A stretch of 64,000 nucleotides of DNA, taken from NCBI GenBank assembly GCA_023920165.1, contig CP089276.1:62001-126000 (forward strand), read 5' to 3'. A program made the translations under genes and the position numbers. The notes beneath the pieces were generated by a model. It worked only from the letters and a program-made list of their open reading frames with translations, searched no databases and was not told where the DNA came from. This document shows, piece by piece, positions 37,612 through 50,865 of the stretch. Positions within the stretch are counted from its first letter, which is position 1. Every line of letters begins with the position of its first letter. Origin of the DNA: Curvularia clavata. Its lineage: Eukaryota.

Positions 37612-39219
37612 ATGGCTGGCCCGAGGAAACGCCCATACTCAAACATTGACTTCACGCTGAGAAAGGTCTTCAAGAAAGCTGCATTCAGGTAATCAGACTG
37701 ACCTGATTTGAGGAGAATATGCTAAATTCTCGCCAGACCACCACAACGTGAGGTTGTTCTGGCTACGTTGGATGGCCAAGATGTCTTCGTTCAGGCTGCC
37801 ACTTCGTTCGGAAAGAGCCTATGTTATCAGCTCCCAGCAGTTGTTGACTTTGGAAGTATGTAAGAAGTCCATCTGGTAAAGTTAATGTATTAACTATCCA
37901 AGTCACCATCGTTATATCTCCGCTTCTAGCACTTATGGTACACCACCTAACAGGCGCCTCCATGATACCGTCTCACTGAAAAAAAAAAATAGAACAACCA
38001 AGTAGCTTCCTTACGCAATGCTAATATCCGTGTTGAAACAATCAACAGCACGACGCCCTCTGCCGACAGGAAAAGAATCCTTGCGGACCTTCAATGTGGT
38101 CATCCCCTTACTCGTCTCCTCTATGTCACTCCAGAATTTTGCCAGGGCGATCACTTTCGGAAAATCCTACGAATCATTCACTCCCAGCGTGAACTGGCCC
38201 GTATCGCTGTCGATGAAGCCCATTGTGTTAGTGAATGGGGCCATGACTTCCGTCCCTCCTTTCAGCAGCTTTCATTCTTCAAGACGGAATTCCCTGATGT
38301 TCCAGTCATTTGTTTGACGGCTACAGCTACAGCGCGCGTACGGGACGACATCATCCACACGCTAGCCTTGGACCCCAAGAAAATGTCCATGTTCCGCATG
38401 AGCAGCAGTCGGCCCAACTTACACTACGAAGTGCGCTTCAAATCTGACGAAGAAGACCATTATGACGACTTCATTTCAATGCTCAGGGGCATATATGCCC
38501 GACGCTCCGAGCGACCTGAGCGCGCGTCTCAACTGGCCTCGCAGAATCAACGCATAGACAACGTCCCAGGCATCATCTATACGCTGTTTCGCAAAGACTG
38601 CGAGTCCCTCGCTGCCCGTCTCCGCTCTGATGGAATTGGCGCCAAACCGTACCACGCTGGCCTCTCTGTCACTGAACGCGCAGACGCCTTGTCCGGCTGG
38701 ATCGCCAACAAAGCCGGGTACGACATCATTGTCGCCACGACGGCGTTTGGCATGGGCATTGACAAGGAAAACGTGCGTTTCGTAGTCCACTGGCAGATCC
38801 CCAAGTCGTTTGAAGGCTTCTATCAAGAAGCAGGTCGAGCCGGTCGCGACGGAAAAGCTTCCCTCTGTATTCTGTACTACGGCCGCGAAGACCGCGATCG
38901 TGCGGCCAGCATGATGTCCCGAGATGCCATGCGGCAGCCTACCAGGGGCGCCGGAGCAGAGGCCCAGCAGCAACAGTTTATGAATCGAGCAAAGAGCTTG
39001 CAGGCGCTTGTGGGCTACTGCGAGGCTACCGACAAGTGTCGGCATAAGATCATTGCAAAGTACTTTGCGGATGAGGCGCCAGCACCATGTGACTATGCGT
39101 GTGACTGGTGCAAGGACGCGGAGGCGCTGGTGAGGAGAAAGGAGCGTGGGTTGGCGAGCGAGGAGTGGTGCAGTACACAGAGGGCTGAGGGGAGGTATGA
39201 TATCGATGAGTATGAATAA
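37612..39219 (+). CDS. Compact RecQ-family DNA helicase, 3 introns
   Basis: AATSFGKSLCYQLP, VISPLLALM, LLYVTPE, VDEAHCVSEWGHDFRP, LTATAT, ATTAFGMGIDK, QEAGRAGRDG, RQC zinc motif CRH..CDYACDWC. Confidence 0.93.
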
Positions 39220-39532
39220 TGGATGGGACTGGAGCGGGAGTGGTGTTTTGGAGTTTACACATACAAGGACGTATCTACGGGCGTTATACTATGCATGGTG
39301 GGTTTTGTGCTAGCGAATTCTCACGCAGTCAGATGGTGTTTAACGACATTGAATACATTTTCGTCATTCATAACTCGTCAATATTTTATGGCTGCTAGCA
39401 CGGCTGCCCCAACTACGTGATGCATCTCTCTTCAGGGAACCTGTCATGAAACTTGCATCACTGCCATCAACGCCACTGTTCATCTTCATACGCTAACCCC
39501 CCTAAAATACTATTAAACAAGTGTACGCAAAC

Positions 39533-40474
39533 CTATCCAACAATCAAAGCCGCGCTCGGCACCATGCCCGCCTCCTTGAGCGTCATGCCAAAGTCGGTCT
39601 TGTCATACGTCTTCTTGGGAAAGTTGGTGGTAAAGGTGTTGACACTCAGGCCATCCTGCTCCAGCGCATGTGCCACCTCAAAGAGCGTTGTCTCCACGGG
39701 GAACGTCTTCATGACTCTTCCGCTAGGTGTCTGCAGCGCTAGTCGAGCCTCGGTGTATGCGCTCGCAGGCTTGCTCGTCGAAGGACCAGAAGAAGTGGCA
39801 AGGGGAGCTTGTGCCGGCGCCGGAGGAGGAGCCTGACCCGCACGCTTTGCCTTCTCCTCCTCGGCTTTCCGCTTGCGTTCTTGTTTGTCGGCCTCGAGTT
39901 TGGCCAGCACGCGCTTTCTTGCTTCCTCGTCTGCCTTCTTCTCTGCACGCTTTGCCGCAGCCTCCTTCAGACGCTCCTTCTTTTGCAGCTCCTCCCTGAT
40001 ATCCTGCGACTCCTTTGTGGCCTTCATGCGAATCTGCTCGTTCCTCTTCTGGTCCTCTTTGTCCTGCTCTGACTGCTTTGCGCGCTTGGCTGCCAGCTTC
40101 TCTCGCAGCTCCTGCAACCGTTGCTTCTTCTCTTCTTCTGTGAGGGGCGCTATTTCCTCAGTCGACTCACTGAACTGCTCGTGGCCTGTCTTTTCGCCGT
40201 GGAATTGGGCTTGGTTGACGGATCGGAACTTCTTGCCACACTCATCGCAGACGAGCGATTTTGCTTCTTCTCCGGGTTGAAGGGCTGGCGGCTCTGCTGA
40301 GGCGTCGTCGGCGGAGCTTGCTTGCGCTTGCTTGATCTCATCGAGAGACTTGTCCTGGTTGGCCTCGAGCCAGTCGATGGCGGGTTGGAGACCGCCCGAA
40401 GCTTTGATAGCGAGTTCGGCGCGATCGCGATCAAAGCCCATGTCGACAAGAGTATCTAGATCGGAGGGTGCCAT
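39533..40474 (-). CDS. UBA-C2H2-UBX protein (UBXN1/SAKS1-like Cdc48 cofactor)
   Basis: UBA LVDMGF..AIDWL; zinc finger CDECGK..HGEKTGH; coiled coil; UBX FPKK..TLKEAGMVPSAAL. Confidence 0.9.
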   Translation of the reverse strand: MAPSDLDTLVDMGFDRDRAELAIKASGGLQPAIDWLEANQDKSLDEIKQAQASSADDASAEPPALQPGEEAKSLVCDECGKKFRSVNQAQFHGEKTGHEQFSESTEEIAPLTEEEKKQRLQELREKLAAKRAKQSEQDKEDQKRNEQIRMKATKESQDIREELQKKERLKEAAAKRAEKKADEEARKRVLAKLEADKQERKRKAEEEKAKRAGQAPPPAPAQAPLATSSGPSTSKPASAYTEARLALQTPSGRVMKTFPVETTLFEVAHALEQDGLSVNTFTTNFPKKTYDKTDFGMTLKEAGMVPSAALIVG

Positions 40475-41155
40475 CTTGGTTGTAGTGCTGTGGCCGAAGC
40501 GGGTGGATGAGGCGTCTAAGACAACTGGTGCTTATAAGAGTATGGGGGTGTTTGTAGTTGAGCTTGGTTGGTTGGATGATATGAATGCACAGATAAGGCT
40601 GGAGCTGTAGTAGTTACAATGGAGGGCTCCACTGAGGCGGTCTTATATAGCACAGTGGTGCAGGCGGTAGCGGGGAATGGAACGGAAGCTTAGAGAAGGT
40701 GGACCGTTGCTCCGCTGGACAGGTGCCTAGAACGAATAATGTTTGCTATAGTCGGCTGCTTGGACTTGCAAGAATGTATAATCTGCTGCAGCCTAGAATC
40801 TATAAGAAGTGGTAGTTGCAGAGTAGCTGTCGAGGACACTAAAGGCGCTTCGAGAGCCAAAAGCGTCACTGGCGCGACTGCTTCCACGGCAGCCCTGAAG
40901 CAACGTCATCGTCTCCTTCTTCCTATCCTCCCTCTACCGCTCGCGACCACCTACAACCACTCCCTGCAGACCTTTTCCGCCTGCGCATCTGCCTGTGGAC
41001 TGAATCCATCCACAACCACAGGAAACCCCCCGACTAGCTCACCATTCCCGAGGTTCACCGCGACTCGATACTGTTACTGCCACGGCAGATCCGTTCCTGA
41101 TTACCAACATCACACAACCGCCCGCCACATACTCACAACTCGCGTGCCGCCCGCC

Positions 41156-42323
41156 ATGTCTGTCGAGCTCGATCCCGTAGAGCTTGGTTTCAAGCGTAAG
41201 CTCCTGTCAGTGGCATTGGACGCACGCAGCCATACTAAGTTGGCCAGGACCCTTTCAGCATGAGGTGTCGCAGACCCTCCGCCTGAAGAACCCGCACTCC
41301 GACCCCGTTGCCTTCAAGGTGAGCAAGCCGGACTGTTCTCTGCTACCTGGTAGTTGCATAGTGAGCGCACAGCTGACATGTCAAAGGTTAAAACCACGGC
41401 TCCCAAGCAGTACGGCGCTCGCGGCCCCTTCTCTGCCCACAACAACTGACGAGGGAATACAGATATTGCGTTAGGCCAAACAGCGGACGTATTGAGCCCG
41501 GAAAGGAGGTCGAGGTTCAAAGTGCGTACATGTCACGCGCACCCAGCAGGCGCTTTGCAAGAGACTGACACGTGCACCCAGTTCTCCTCCAGGCGATGAA
41601 GGAAGACCCACCGCCAGAGGCGAAGTGCCGCGACAAGTTCCTCGTACAATCTGTGCTCATCACCGCCGATAAAGAGTTCACCAATGTCGGCTCTCTGGTA
41701 CATATACAATCTTGGTTTTTATACAGAACACGGCTAACTGCTGGGTGTAGTGGTCGCATATTGAGCAGACCTCGAAGTCTTCTATCCAAGAGAAGAAGAT
41801 CAGGGTGCTTTTCCTTCCTGCTGACGAGGGTGGTCTGAGTGCGACTCCTGCGAAGAACAATTCTGCTAGCCGCGATTCCCTGGCTCCTTCGCCTTCGCCA
41901 TCCCAGGACGCCTTCACCCCTCAACGTGGCGCATCCGATGCTTCTGGACCAGTTTCCATCCCTCAAGATCGCCCAGCCGGAAGCAAAAACCTGGGCGAAA
42001 TCAGGAACGAAACATACAACCCTGCAACTGGCGGTGCTCAGGGTGCCCTCAACTCGGTCGCTGGAAGTGTCTCGAACGCCATGCCCTCGTCTGGAGACCT
42101 AGAGGCTCAGCTTGCTGAAGCCAAGGCGCAAATTGCACGACTGACACAGCAGGTCAGCGAAGCCACTGGTCTTCGCCAACGTAAGACAGGATCCGCACAA
42201 GACTCCAAGTCACAAGCATCGACCGCTACCGAAGTGCGACAAGCCCCTGCTGGTGGGGTTCCTGTTCAGATCACCGCACTTCTTTGTCTTGTCAGCTTCC
42301 TTTTGGCTTATTTCCTTTTCTAA
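41156..42323 (+). CDS. SCS2: ER VAP protein Scs2 (MSP domain plus C-terminal TM)
   Basis: VAFK-VKTTAPKQ-YCVRPNSG across short exons; KCRDKFLVQS; C-terminal TM CLVSFLLAYFLF. Confidence 0.94.
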
Positions 42324-43004
42324 GCGCCTTGTCTGCAGGACCGGAGCAGCCAGTAAGATAATATGCGTCAAGCCGGTGTTGAGCGCTAACTTTCGGCGGG
42401 TGAGAACAAGTAGGGCGGTGACGGCATGGGATGGCGCTGTACGAGGGGAGGGCTCATTGCTTTGATTTCTTTGGGGTACGTTATTGCTTCGACCTAGGCC
42501 CCTTGTTGGCTACGCATACAGGGCGGCAGGTTCTAGGGACGCATGAACATATCCGCGTGGAAAGCATTCATGTATCAACCAGTAGACTATCCGGAGTTGT
42601 AGCGCGCGTAAAATTGCTTGACACTTCTTAATGTCTATGTATCTTTTTTTTTATTGTTTGCTCATACTGTCCACATGACAAAGACGGAGGCTCTGAAGCC
42701 ACTTAGTCAGAATTTGTCTGGTAGCGGTAGTGCGGCATGTGGACAAATGTTCAAGTCGTGACACGACGGGCCAAGGACCAATAGGCGCGGGTTGTAATTG
42801 TCGAGTGTGGGGTGGCGTAGGCACGTCATGCAAGTCGCATTCTGGAGCGACAAATCTCCCACTCCACTAGTTTGCCGCGGTATCGACGGTCGGTATATCC
42901 TTGCACGCCTCCGATAGATAGTGGACACCGCCATGGCGCGACCAGACGTGTAGTGAGCGTGGGTTGGTGGTCATGGTGGGGCTCCGTCCGCCGGAGGGCT
43001 AATA

Positions 43005-43077
43005 TGACTCCAGTGGTTTGACAATAGCTTTCCGACCGCGATAAAGCGCCTTCTTTTCTTTCCTCGCCTTCTGACTC
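43005..43077 (+). promoter_or_regulatory. Two TGACTC (Gcn4/CpcA-type core) sites upstream of asparagine synthetase
   Basis: TGACTC at 43005-43010 and 43072-43077; neither is the full TGACTCA. Confidence 0.35.
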
Positions 43078-43111
43078 CCACTTTTTCCTTCTCTTCCTCA
43101 CAATTGCAAAC

Positions 43112-45256
43112 ATGTGTGGTATCTTCGCCTGCTATAGGTACGTTGGATTCGCTCCGCGCCCTCCATTACTTTCCCCCTCCAATGCGCTCTGGACGACTTG
43201 CTAACATTTTCTCAGACACCCCGATGTCCAAAAGTTCAAGCCGACCGCCCTGAAAATGGGCAAGGCGTAAGTGTGAGCCTGACAAAATTTGAGGACTTTG
43301 GATTGACTGGTTGCGCAGTGTCCGACATCGGGGCCCCGATTGGAGTCAGTGACCACGTCTCTGAATGCGCCGAAGAACACAATGACTGAAACTTTGCAGG
43401 TGGAAACTGGATCGCAAACGATACTAGTAAGTTTGGCAGAGTGTCTGAATCATAGGAAGTTTCTGACATTGGCAGTCTTGGTTCACGAGCGTCTGAGTAT
43501 TGTCGGCGTCGGTATGCGGTCACACGATGAATACAACTGTGGTGGTCGAGACTTACATGGATAGACTCTGGTGCTCAGCCGCTCGTCAACGATGAGGGAA
43601 CTATCTCTCTGGCGGTCAATGGCGAGATTTACAACCACCGCATCCTTCGCAAATCCCTCAAGAAGCCATACAACTTCAAGACACACTCGGATTGCGAAGT
43701 CATCATTCCGCTGGTAGGGTTCGGAGGTTCCACCGACAGTGACAACGGTGCTGACACGTGCTAGTATCTCGAGCATGACATTGATGCGCCGCGAAAGCTG
43801 GACGGCATGTTCTCCTGGGTTCTTCACGACAAGACTCAGGATCGTGTAATTGCAGCCCGAGACCCCATTGGAGTCACTACTTTCTACATGGGCCGGTCGA
43901 GCACAACACCTGGTGCCGTCTTCTTTGCCTCTGAGCTCAAGTGCCTGCACCCTGTGTGCGACAACATCATCTCTTTCCCTCCCGGCCACGTCTACGACTC
44001 AAAGACGGACTCGCTCACGCGCTACCACGACCCCAAGTGGCTCGTCGAGCCGGAGAACATCCCCACAACACCTGTAGACTACAAGGAGCTCAGGCAATCG
44101 TTTGAGCGGGCTGTTCGGAAACGCATGATGGCGGAAGTGCCATTTGGTGTGCTTCTGTCTGGTGGTCTCGACTCCAGTCTTGTAGCTTCGATAGCGCAGC
44201 GGGAGACTCTGCGGTTGAACGAGGCGATAAGACAGAAGGCTGCTTCTGCGGCGTCCAGTGGAAACACGGGTGACGAGCAGAACCAGCTTGTAGGTATCGA
44301 TGACTCCAACGAGCTTCAGACAGACCTTCTCCTGGGCCAACTCAACTCGTTCTCGATTGGTCTGCCCAACGCTCCCGATGCCATTGCGGCACAAGAAGTG
44401 GCCAACTTCCTGGGAACAAAACACCATACCTTCACTTTTACCATTGAGGATGGTCTCAACGCACTCACAGATGTCATCTACCACCTCGAGACATTTGACG
44501 TAACCACCATCCGTGCCTCAACCCCCATGTTCCTCCTGAGCCGAAAGATCAAGGCTATGGGTGTCAAGATGGTACTCTCTGGAGAGGGCAGCGACGAGAT
44601 CTTTGGCGGATACCTGTACTTCCACAACGCACCCGACAAGGCCGCGTTCCACCAGGAGTGCGTGCGCCGCGTCAAGAACCTGCATCTTGCCGACTGCCTG
44701 CGTGCCAACAAGTCGACATCAGCATGGGGCGTGGAAGCCCGTGTTCCCTTCCTGGACAAGGACTTCCTCAACACTGCCATGAACATTGATCCCGCGGATA
44801 AGATGATTGACCGCAAGGCAGGCCGCATTGAAAAGTACATTCTACGCAAGGCCTTTGACACGAGCGACGAGCCCGACACGGCACCGTACCTGCCCGACAA
44901 GATTCTGTGGCGCCAAAAGGAGCAGTTTTCCGACGGCGTAGGCTACGGCTGGATCGACGCGCTCAAGGACAACGCCGAGCTGCATGTTACCGACGAGATG
45001 ATGAAGAACCCCAAGCCCGAATGGGGCAACGATATCCCCGACAGCAAGGAGGCGTACTGGTACCGCTGCATGTTTGACGAGCACTTCCCCAGCTACTGTG
45101 CCGATACGGTCATGCGCTGGACGCCGACCTGGAGCAACCAAACGGATCCTTCTGGACGGTAAGGAACCCTACTTTTTGCTTTTTTCCGTAGACTTGAACT
45201 GACGTGATTATAGTGCTATCGGTGTCCATGAGCAAAAGTATGCCGATGCCCAGTAG
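43112..45256 (+). CDS. ASN1: Glutamine-hydrolysing asparagine synthetase
   Basis: MCGIF (Ntn Cys), [57 protein letters not shown]; several short 5' exons. Confidence 0.97.
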
Positions 45257-45812
45257 AGAGACTGATACCAAATACCGGTTAGGCTGTGGATGATATTCCC
45301 TTCATTTCGTGTCTTCCTTTTTTCGGATGGGTGGGGAGAATGAAGCTTTATAGGTTTTAGTAGACAGGGTAAAAAAGTATACCAATATGCACAATCAATC
45401 ATGTATGCATACCATGGATTTCTGACGATGCTTGTGAAATACCAGTGCCGGAGCGCCTTGTTCGACCGTTCAAGGTAGTATCTATTCTTGATTATAATTT
45501 TCTTGGCCTTTTTTTCTATTACTTGTATGATAGACAGATTTCCCACCCTTTTTGTGATGCTAGTAGTGTACAATACCGAACACGCCTACAACGTCTGCGA
45601 AAGGATATAGTAATTCTTTCTTGTCTTGTCTTCCTCCTCCCGCCTCTTCTCTTAATTTTTCAATTGGGTATATACCAAAAGAGACGCAAACACCGACAAC
45701 GCTACTAGTCAAATGTACAAGAACTTTTTTTTTCCCGAGACCCATACCCATAACAAAGAAATTCGAACGGATTGACAACTTTTAAGTCTGCAAAGGCATG
45801 CTGTGTTTCTTT

Positions 45813-47050
45813 TCAAGCGTCGAGAGCAGAGGCGCCAAAGACGCGGAACTGGATGAAGATGGTCACGTCTTCGACCATTGTGCCGAGGGAGCCGATGAGC
45901 CAGGGGAGGTTGGTGAGGATGTACTGTTTCTCCTGCGAATGGAAGATGATCTGCGTGAAAAGGGAAGTGGGTTAGATATATTGGACCAATCTATAGCATG
46001 GGGGAAAAGCAAAGAAGAAGAAACTCACTCCTGCACCATAGGTAGCGTTGCCGAGCAAGCTCAGGATAAAGAAGAGCAGCGACAAGCCTTCGCAAGACTT
46101 TTCGCGCTGGTTCTTGATGATCTGGGGGATGCGGGCGCCGAGGTAGCAGACTGCGCTGGCATAGCCCAGGACCTGGGCTCCGAAGGGGCTGTCAGAGGTG
46201 TTGCCGGCATCGTCGTGCGTGGGCTGGGGCACCCAGACGCCCGTCCGCCAGGCAATGGCCCAGCCGGCGGCACCGACAGCGCAGACACCCAGGATGCTCA
46301 GCGAGTTCTTGACCCATTCGGTAGAAGAAGCCTGGGTAACGTCTGGGATGGTGGGCAGGGAGCTGGCGCGGCGTCTGCGGCTGGCGGCGGAGTCGCGCCT
46401 GTGACTGCCGGGGAGGCCAATGTTGCTGCTGTCGCGGCGGCCAAGCAGCGGGGCCTGGACGCTATCGGTGGAGCGGGTGGACGACTTGCGCTCGCGGCGG
46501 GCATTCTTCATGTTGTAGTACAGGCATTGGGCAATGAGGACGAGGTCGGCAAAGCAAAAGTAGATGGCGAGGGCGATGACGGTGGGGACGAGGCCAGCCC
46601 AGAGGGCGCCAGCGAGGTTGGTGACATCGCCGATGAACCAGACGATGAGGAAGGCGAGCGAAATGCCATCTGCAGAGCCGGACTTGTAGTTTTCGATAAG
46701 CTGGGGGACCTGCGTGGTGGGCGTGTCAGTACGAGCATCGAGTCGCGTGGGCGGGTGCTATGAATAGCAAAGTGGATATGCAACGCAACGCAAGGCGACG
46801 CAACGCAGGCATTGGCAGTCGCGGCAGTCGCGGGGCAGGGCCGGGGCAGGTGCGACCTGGCTGGTCCAATGCAGTGTCACCAAATCACCAAATCACCACA
46901 TGCCCAAGTCTCGACGTTTTGCACTCGTCCAGTCGCAAAGTGAGCGCACGCGCAGACGCGGTTACGTACCAGCAGGAAGATCCACGAAGCCAGCGAGATT
47001 GAGCCGAAGACACCGGACAGGGCCTCGTGGGGCGTCAGCGATAGTGGCAT
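45813..47050 (-). CDS. PQ-loop repeat vacuolar amino-acid transporter (Ypq/PQLC2-like)
   Basis: SISLASWIFLL-VPQLIENYKSGSADGISL and YLGARIPQIIKNQREKSCEGLSLLFF; NLPWLIGSLGTMVEDVTIFIQF. Confidence 0.92.
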
Positions 47051-47889
47051 CGTGGCAGCGAGCGTTTCGTTGTCGAAGGAGGCGGTGTCCGTTTGGGCGA
47101 CCACGACGGACGGTAGGACGGGCGAAGAGGATAGTTAACGGCAGCAGAACTGGAGATGTGGAGGCCCGGGACTAACAACCAGGGCGCGCTGGGTTGCAAA
47201 ATGTTACCAGCCCCCGGCGCGATGACGCACGACCAGACGGATACACTGCCTGCAACAAGGGCGGAAACCGCCGGCGGGCCAATCGACGGGTGCGGAATGC
47301 AGGGCGCCGGCCTTCGTTGAGCAGAGCAACACGACCTCTGGGCTGAGGGCGCGTGAGAGGAAGAAAAAAAGAAGAAGTGAAGCTGAGAAAGAGGCGGGTG
47401 TGCTTTTTTCTCTTGCTTTATCCCGTGTCTTTATCTCCTGTCTTCTCTCCTCCCTTATCTCGCGCGCATCCACTCGAGCAGCCGCTTCTGCTAGGGGCCA
47501 GCAAATTTTCAGACTGAGGCTTCTTGTCACGCAGGGTCTGGGGCGGCTGAGGCTAAAATTGGCTGCCACTGGCTTGCCCTGCAGTCTCCACCCTCTCGAC
47601 CACCACACACACACCACCGCCTGCACCCATACCCGTCATACCCGTCATCCGTACCCGTCATCCCGACACTCGCTCGCTCTCATCTCCTATTCTCGTCCAT
47701 CTATCCCTCGTTCATCCCTGACCCTTCTTTGTAGCCTTACCACACCACTCGCTGCTCTCCACACTACCTCTCCCCTTAATACCGCGGCTCAAACACCATT
47801 TGTAAGACGCGTCACCTGCCACCATTCAAAGCCGCTGCCTGCTGCACCCCTCCGCTCACTGCCGTTTCTCCGTCTGCGAAACACCAAAC

Positions 47890-48741
47890 ATGCTTCCAAA
47901 GACGTGGTTCTCCGGCGCTGTCTTTGCCCTCGCCGCCGTCTCGTCTGCCTTTACTTTTGAAGACCTGCACATGGACGGCGTCAACCAGTACCTGCGCCAC
48001 GGCAAGAGGCAAGACGCCGAGGGCACCGGTGTCGTCTCATCAGCAGCACCCTCATCAGCTCCATCTTCACAAGCTCCAGCATCCTCGCCCGCTCCAGCTT
48101 CGTCGCCAGCACCTCAGTCCCAGCCATCCGACAACTCGCCCACATCGCAACCAGTGACATCCGATCCTCCCGCAAACACTCCTACACCAACCCCCACCAG
48201 AGGAGACAACAACAATGACAACACTGCCACCTCAACCGCACGCACAAGTGCAAACCCTTCAAGGACTACCTCGGCCCCGTCTTCGGTCAGGACTGCGCCC
48301 ATCACAAGGACCTCGGATCTGCTGTCCACCACCCTGCGCGAGTTCACCACCACCATCGTCACCATGAGCGGCGACCAGCAAATCACCCAGACCTCGACCG
48401 GCACCAGCACCTCTGTCGCTACTACTGGACAGGTCACCTTCACTGAAGCTCCTACCGAACAGCAGGCAAGCGACAGCAATGGTGGCCTCAGCGACACCAA
48501 CAAGAAGGTCATCGGTGGTGTCGTCGGAGGCGTCGGAGGTGCTCTGCTGCTTGGTGGCATTGCTCTCGTCTTCTGGCGCATGAAGAAGCGCCAGGCACGT
48601 GTCAAGGAAGACGACGATGACCTCATGGCCGGCACTGGAGCTGCCCTCGGTGACAAGCCCCAGCACAGCCCTGCATCTTCCCCTTACCAGGACCAGTACA
48701 ACAGTCCTGGAGGACGTCCCAATGCAGCGGCAAACTTTTAG
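47890..48741 (+). CDS. Mid2-like cell-surface sensor
   Basis: Signal peptide, KR site, Ser/Thr/Pro-rich ectodomain, KKVIGGVVGGVGGALLLGGIALVFW TM helix, short tail ending NAAANF. Confidence 0.8.
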   Translation: MLPKTWFSGAVFALAAVSSAFTFEDLHMDGVNQYLRHGKRQDAEGTGVVSSAAPSSAPSSQAPASSPAPASSPAPQSQPSDNSPTSQPVTSDPPANTPTPTPTRGDNNNDNTATSTARTSANPSRTTSAPSSVRTAPITRTSDLLSTTLREFTTTIVTMSGDQQITQTSTGTSTSVATTGQVTFTEAPTEQQASDSNGGLSDTNKKVIGGVVGGVGGALLLGGIALVFWRMKKRQARVKEDDDDLMAGTGAALGDKPQHSPASSPYQDQYNSPGGRPNAAANF

Positions 48742-50001
48742 GCGAGGCGCAGCCACATCAACGGATACATGGACCACCACTACGGTCCATCACGATACCA
48801 ACGACTACCTGCGGGAAGCCATTTCATGACTAAACCAGATTGGGTTGTACATACAATACCATGGCGACTTTAATATCTGTCTTCTTTCGACATTATGCTG
48901 CTAGATACCATTGCTACGGATCATTCCTTTTACTTTTCCTTCTTGGCCAGACTGGGTTTTATGACCGCCTCACGGTGGCAGTGCATGATGCCACTAGGCA
49001 TGGATAGACTATTCAGCCGTAGGGTACATGCTAATCTACACTACTCGGAAACACGTGCCAAAAACTCTTCGTCCACTTGTCTGCTCAGCCTTTCCTGTCG
49101 GCATGGTGTCTGCGTTTGCACTCTGTGCTTGTTTCATGAAAAGTTTGCAATCGAGCTGCGAGTTTCTGTACGAATGTTTATCATCATCATACCCCACTAT
49201 AGCAAAATCTAATTATACCTATATCAACCATGTCTCCCGCTTCTCCCCTGCATCATCGCCGTCCCTGACCACGGTAGAATTACGTCACTTTGTTTATGCA
49301 TTTTAATTTCCTTCTTGTTTCCTTCCTTCTATGGTTTCTGCATAATTCTACTGCAAGTGCCTGGATCGGGTCACGCCAAAAGGTCGCGTGTGATGGCGTT
49401 TCAGCACCGTCGCAGAGGGCGCCCGCGACGCGCCGTTCTCCACTCATTTGCCTTGCAGCATTGCCATGCCATGAGACATTACTGGAATTCCCCCCTAGGA
49501 ACAGGTGAATAAGTGACCCTGCCCCCTCTTGCGCGCACGCCCTCTTGTTGGCGCTTTCTTTGTAGGTAACTTGTACAGAGAGAGGTGGATATCACCCCTC
49601 GTTTTGCAACAGACTGGGTCTTGTTGCCTTTTCGTTTTGTTTTGTATTCTCGACTTTCTTTGTTTAAACAGATATTTCAATTCTTTTGTTCGACCAACGA
49701 AAGTACAAAACTGCTGGGCGGTTTTATTGTCGCTGGGTAGGGGTGCTGGACATACCGGAACGACTTTCATCACGACAGCCAGCGGCGAACACGGAATCCA
49801 CAACCGGCCGCAATACGATACTGGAACGACATACACACGGCCGATGATAATAATAATTTCGCCTCCGCAAAGTTCGTACTAGGTGTTCACGACTCACAGC
49901 TATACACAACCACTCGGCCTTGCTGCCTACGACAACTACAGTATCCTCGAAACCTTCCAGATAATACCACCCAACACCGAACCGCCACATTCATAGCAAC
50001 C

Positions 50002-50575
50002 ATGCTCCTCCCCTCGGCCCTGCTCGCTCTTCTGTACCTTGCCCTCCCCGCCCTCTCTCACGCCTCACCCCAGCCACCCCTCCTCTCCTCAACCGCAGAC
50101 ATGTCCCTGATCCCGCGCCACATGCTCTTCTTACGCCAACTCTCCGACCTGCAAACCTTTGACGGCAAACTCGGCGGCGCCTCAGCACCCCCCATCACCA
50201 AATCTGGGGACCAGAAACGGCCATTCGAAGTCGACGGTGACACTTTTACCGACTTTGACTCTGCGGCTCAGCGTTCTTGTGACAGGCAGCTCAAAGGCTG
50301 TAGTGACGCGGCGAACAAAGCAGGAGGTGGGGGAGGGAAGAATGGAGGGTTGAAGGTTAAGGATTGTGATGATCAGAAGAGTAAGTCTTAATCTTGACTG
50401 TATGGATGCTTGATGATGTGTATTTTGCTGATGCCGTTTTTTCTTGCAACAAACAGACAAATGCCTCAATGCGCAGAAAAGTGCACAAGTCAAGGACTTC
50501 AACACACCTGTTGCGAGCACAAATATCGGACCTGATCCCGATTTCCCAGACTTTGATCTCATTTGTGAGGGTTAG
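50002..50575 (+). CDS. Small secreted Cys-containing protein, 1 intron
   Basis: Signal peptide; LQTFDGKLGG..RPFEVDGDTF..AAQRSCDRQLKGCSDAAN..DCDDQK, intron, then KCLNAQ..FDLICEG*. Confidence 0.75.
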
Positions 50576-50865
50576 TTGGTGGGCAACGGGAGGCGTTTGA
50601 TGAAAGACATGATACCTTATCCCTACTATTATTATTACCAGGTTTCTTTATGGACAAATAGAGAGCATGTATCTACCCCCTTGCCAATCTCTACTACAGT
50701 TTTAAATTGAAAAAAAGTAAAACAGCGAAGAAAAGATGTTCGCTTTGCCCATGCCCGCACCTAGAACTCCAAACTTCGGGTCTCGACTCCCCACCTCGCC
50801 CTAACCATACGACAACGCAGGATGCAAAATAAAACACCGAAAAGATGCAATAAAATAGCAAAAAG

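Noticed and set aside
40601..40606. GGAGCT upstream of the UBX gene as a proteasome-regulon element
   Set aside because: A single 6-mer, expected frequently by chance
45798..46763. 321-aa plus-strand ORF
   Set aside because: Antisense shadow of the PQ-loop gene; the same applies to many ORFs opposite RPN4, NUP133, ACO2 and ASN1
47628..47663. ACCCGTCAT repeated three times upstream of the Mid2-like gene
   Set aside because: Simple short tandem repeat in a leader/promoter region; not CRISPR-like and no evidence of function
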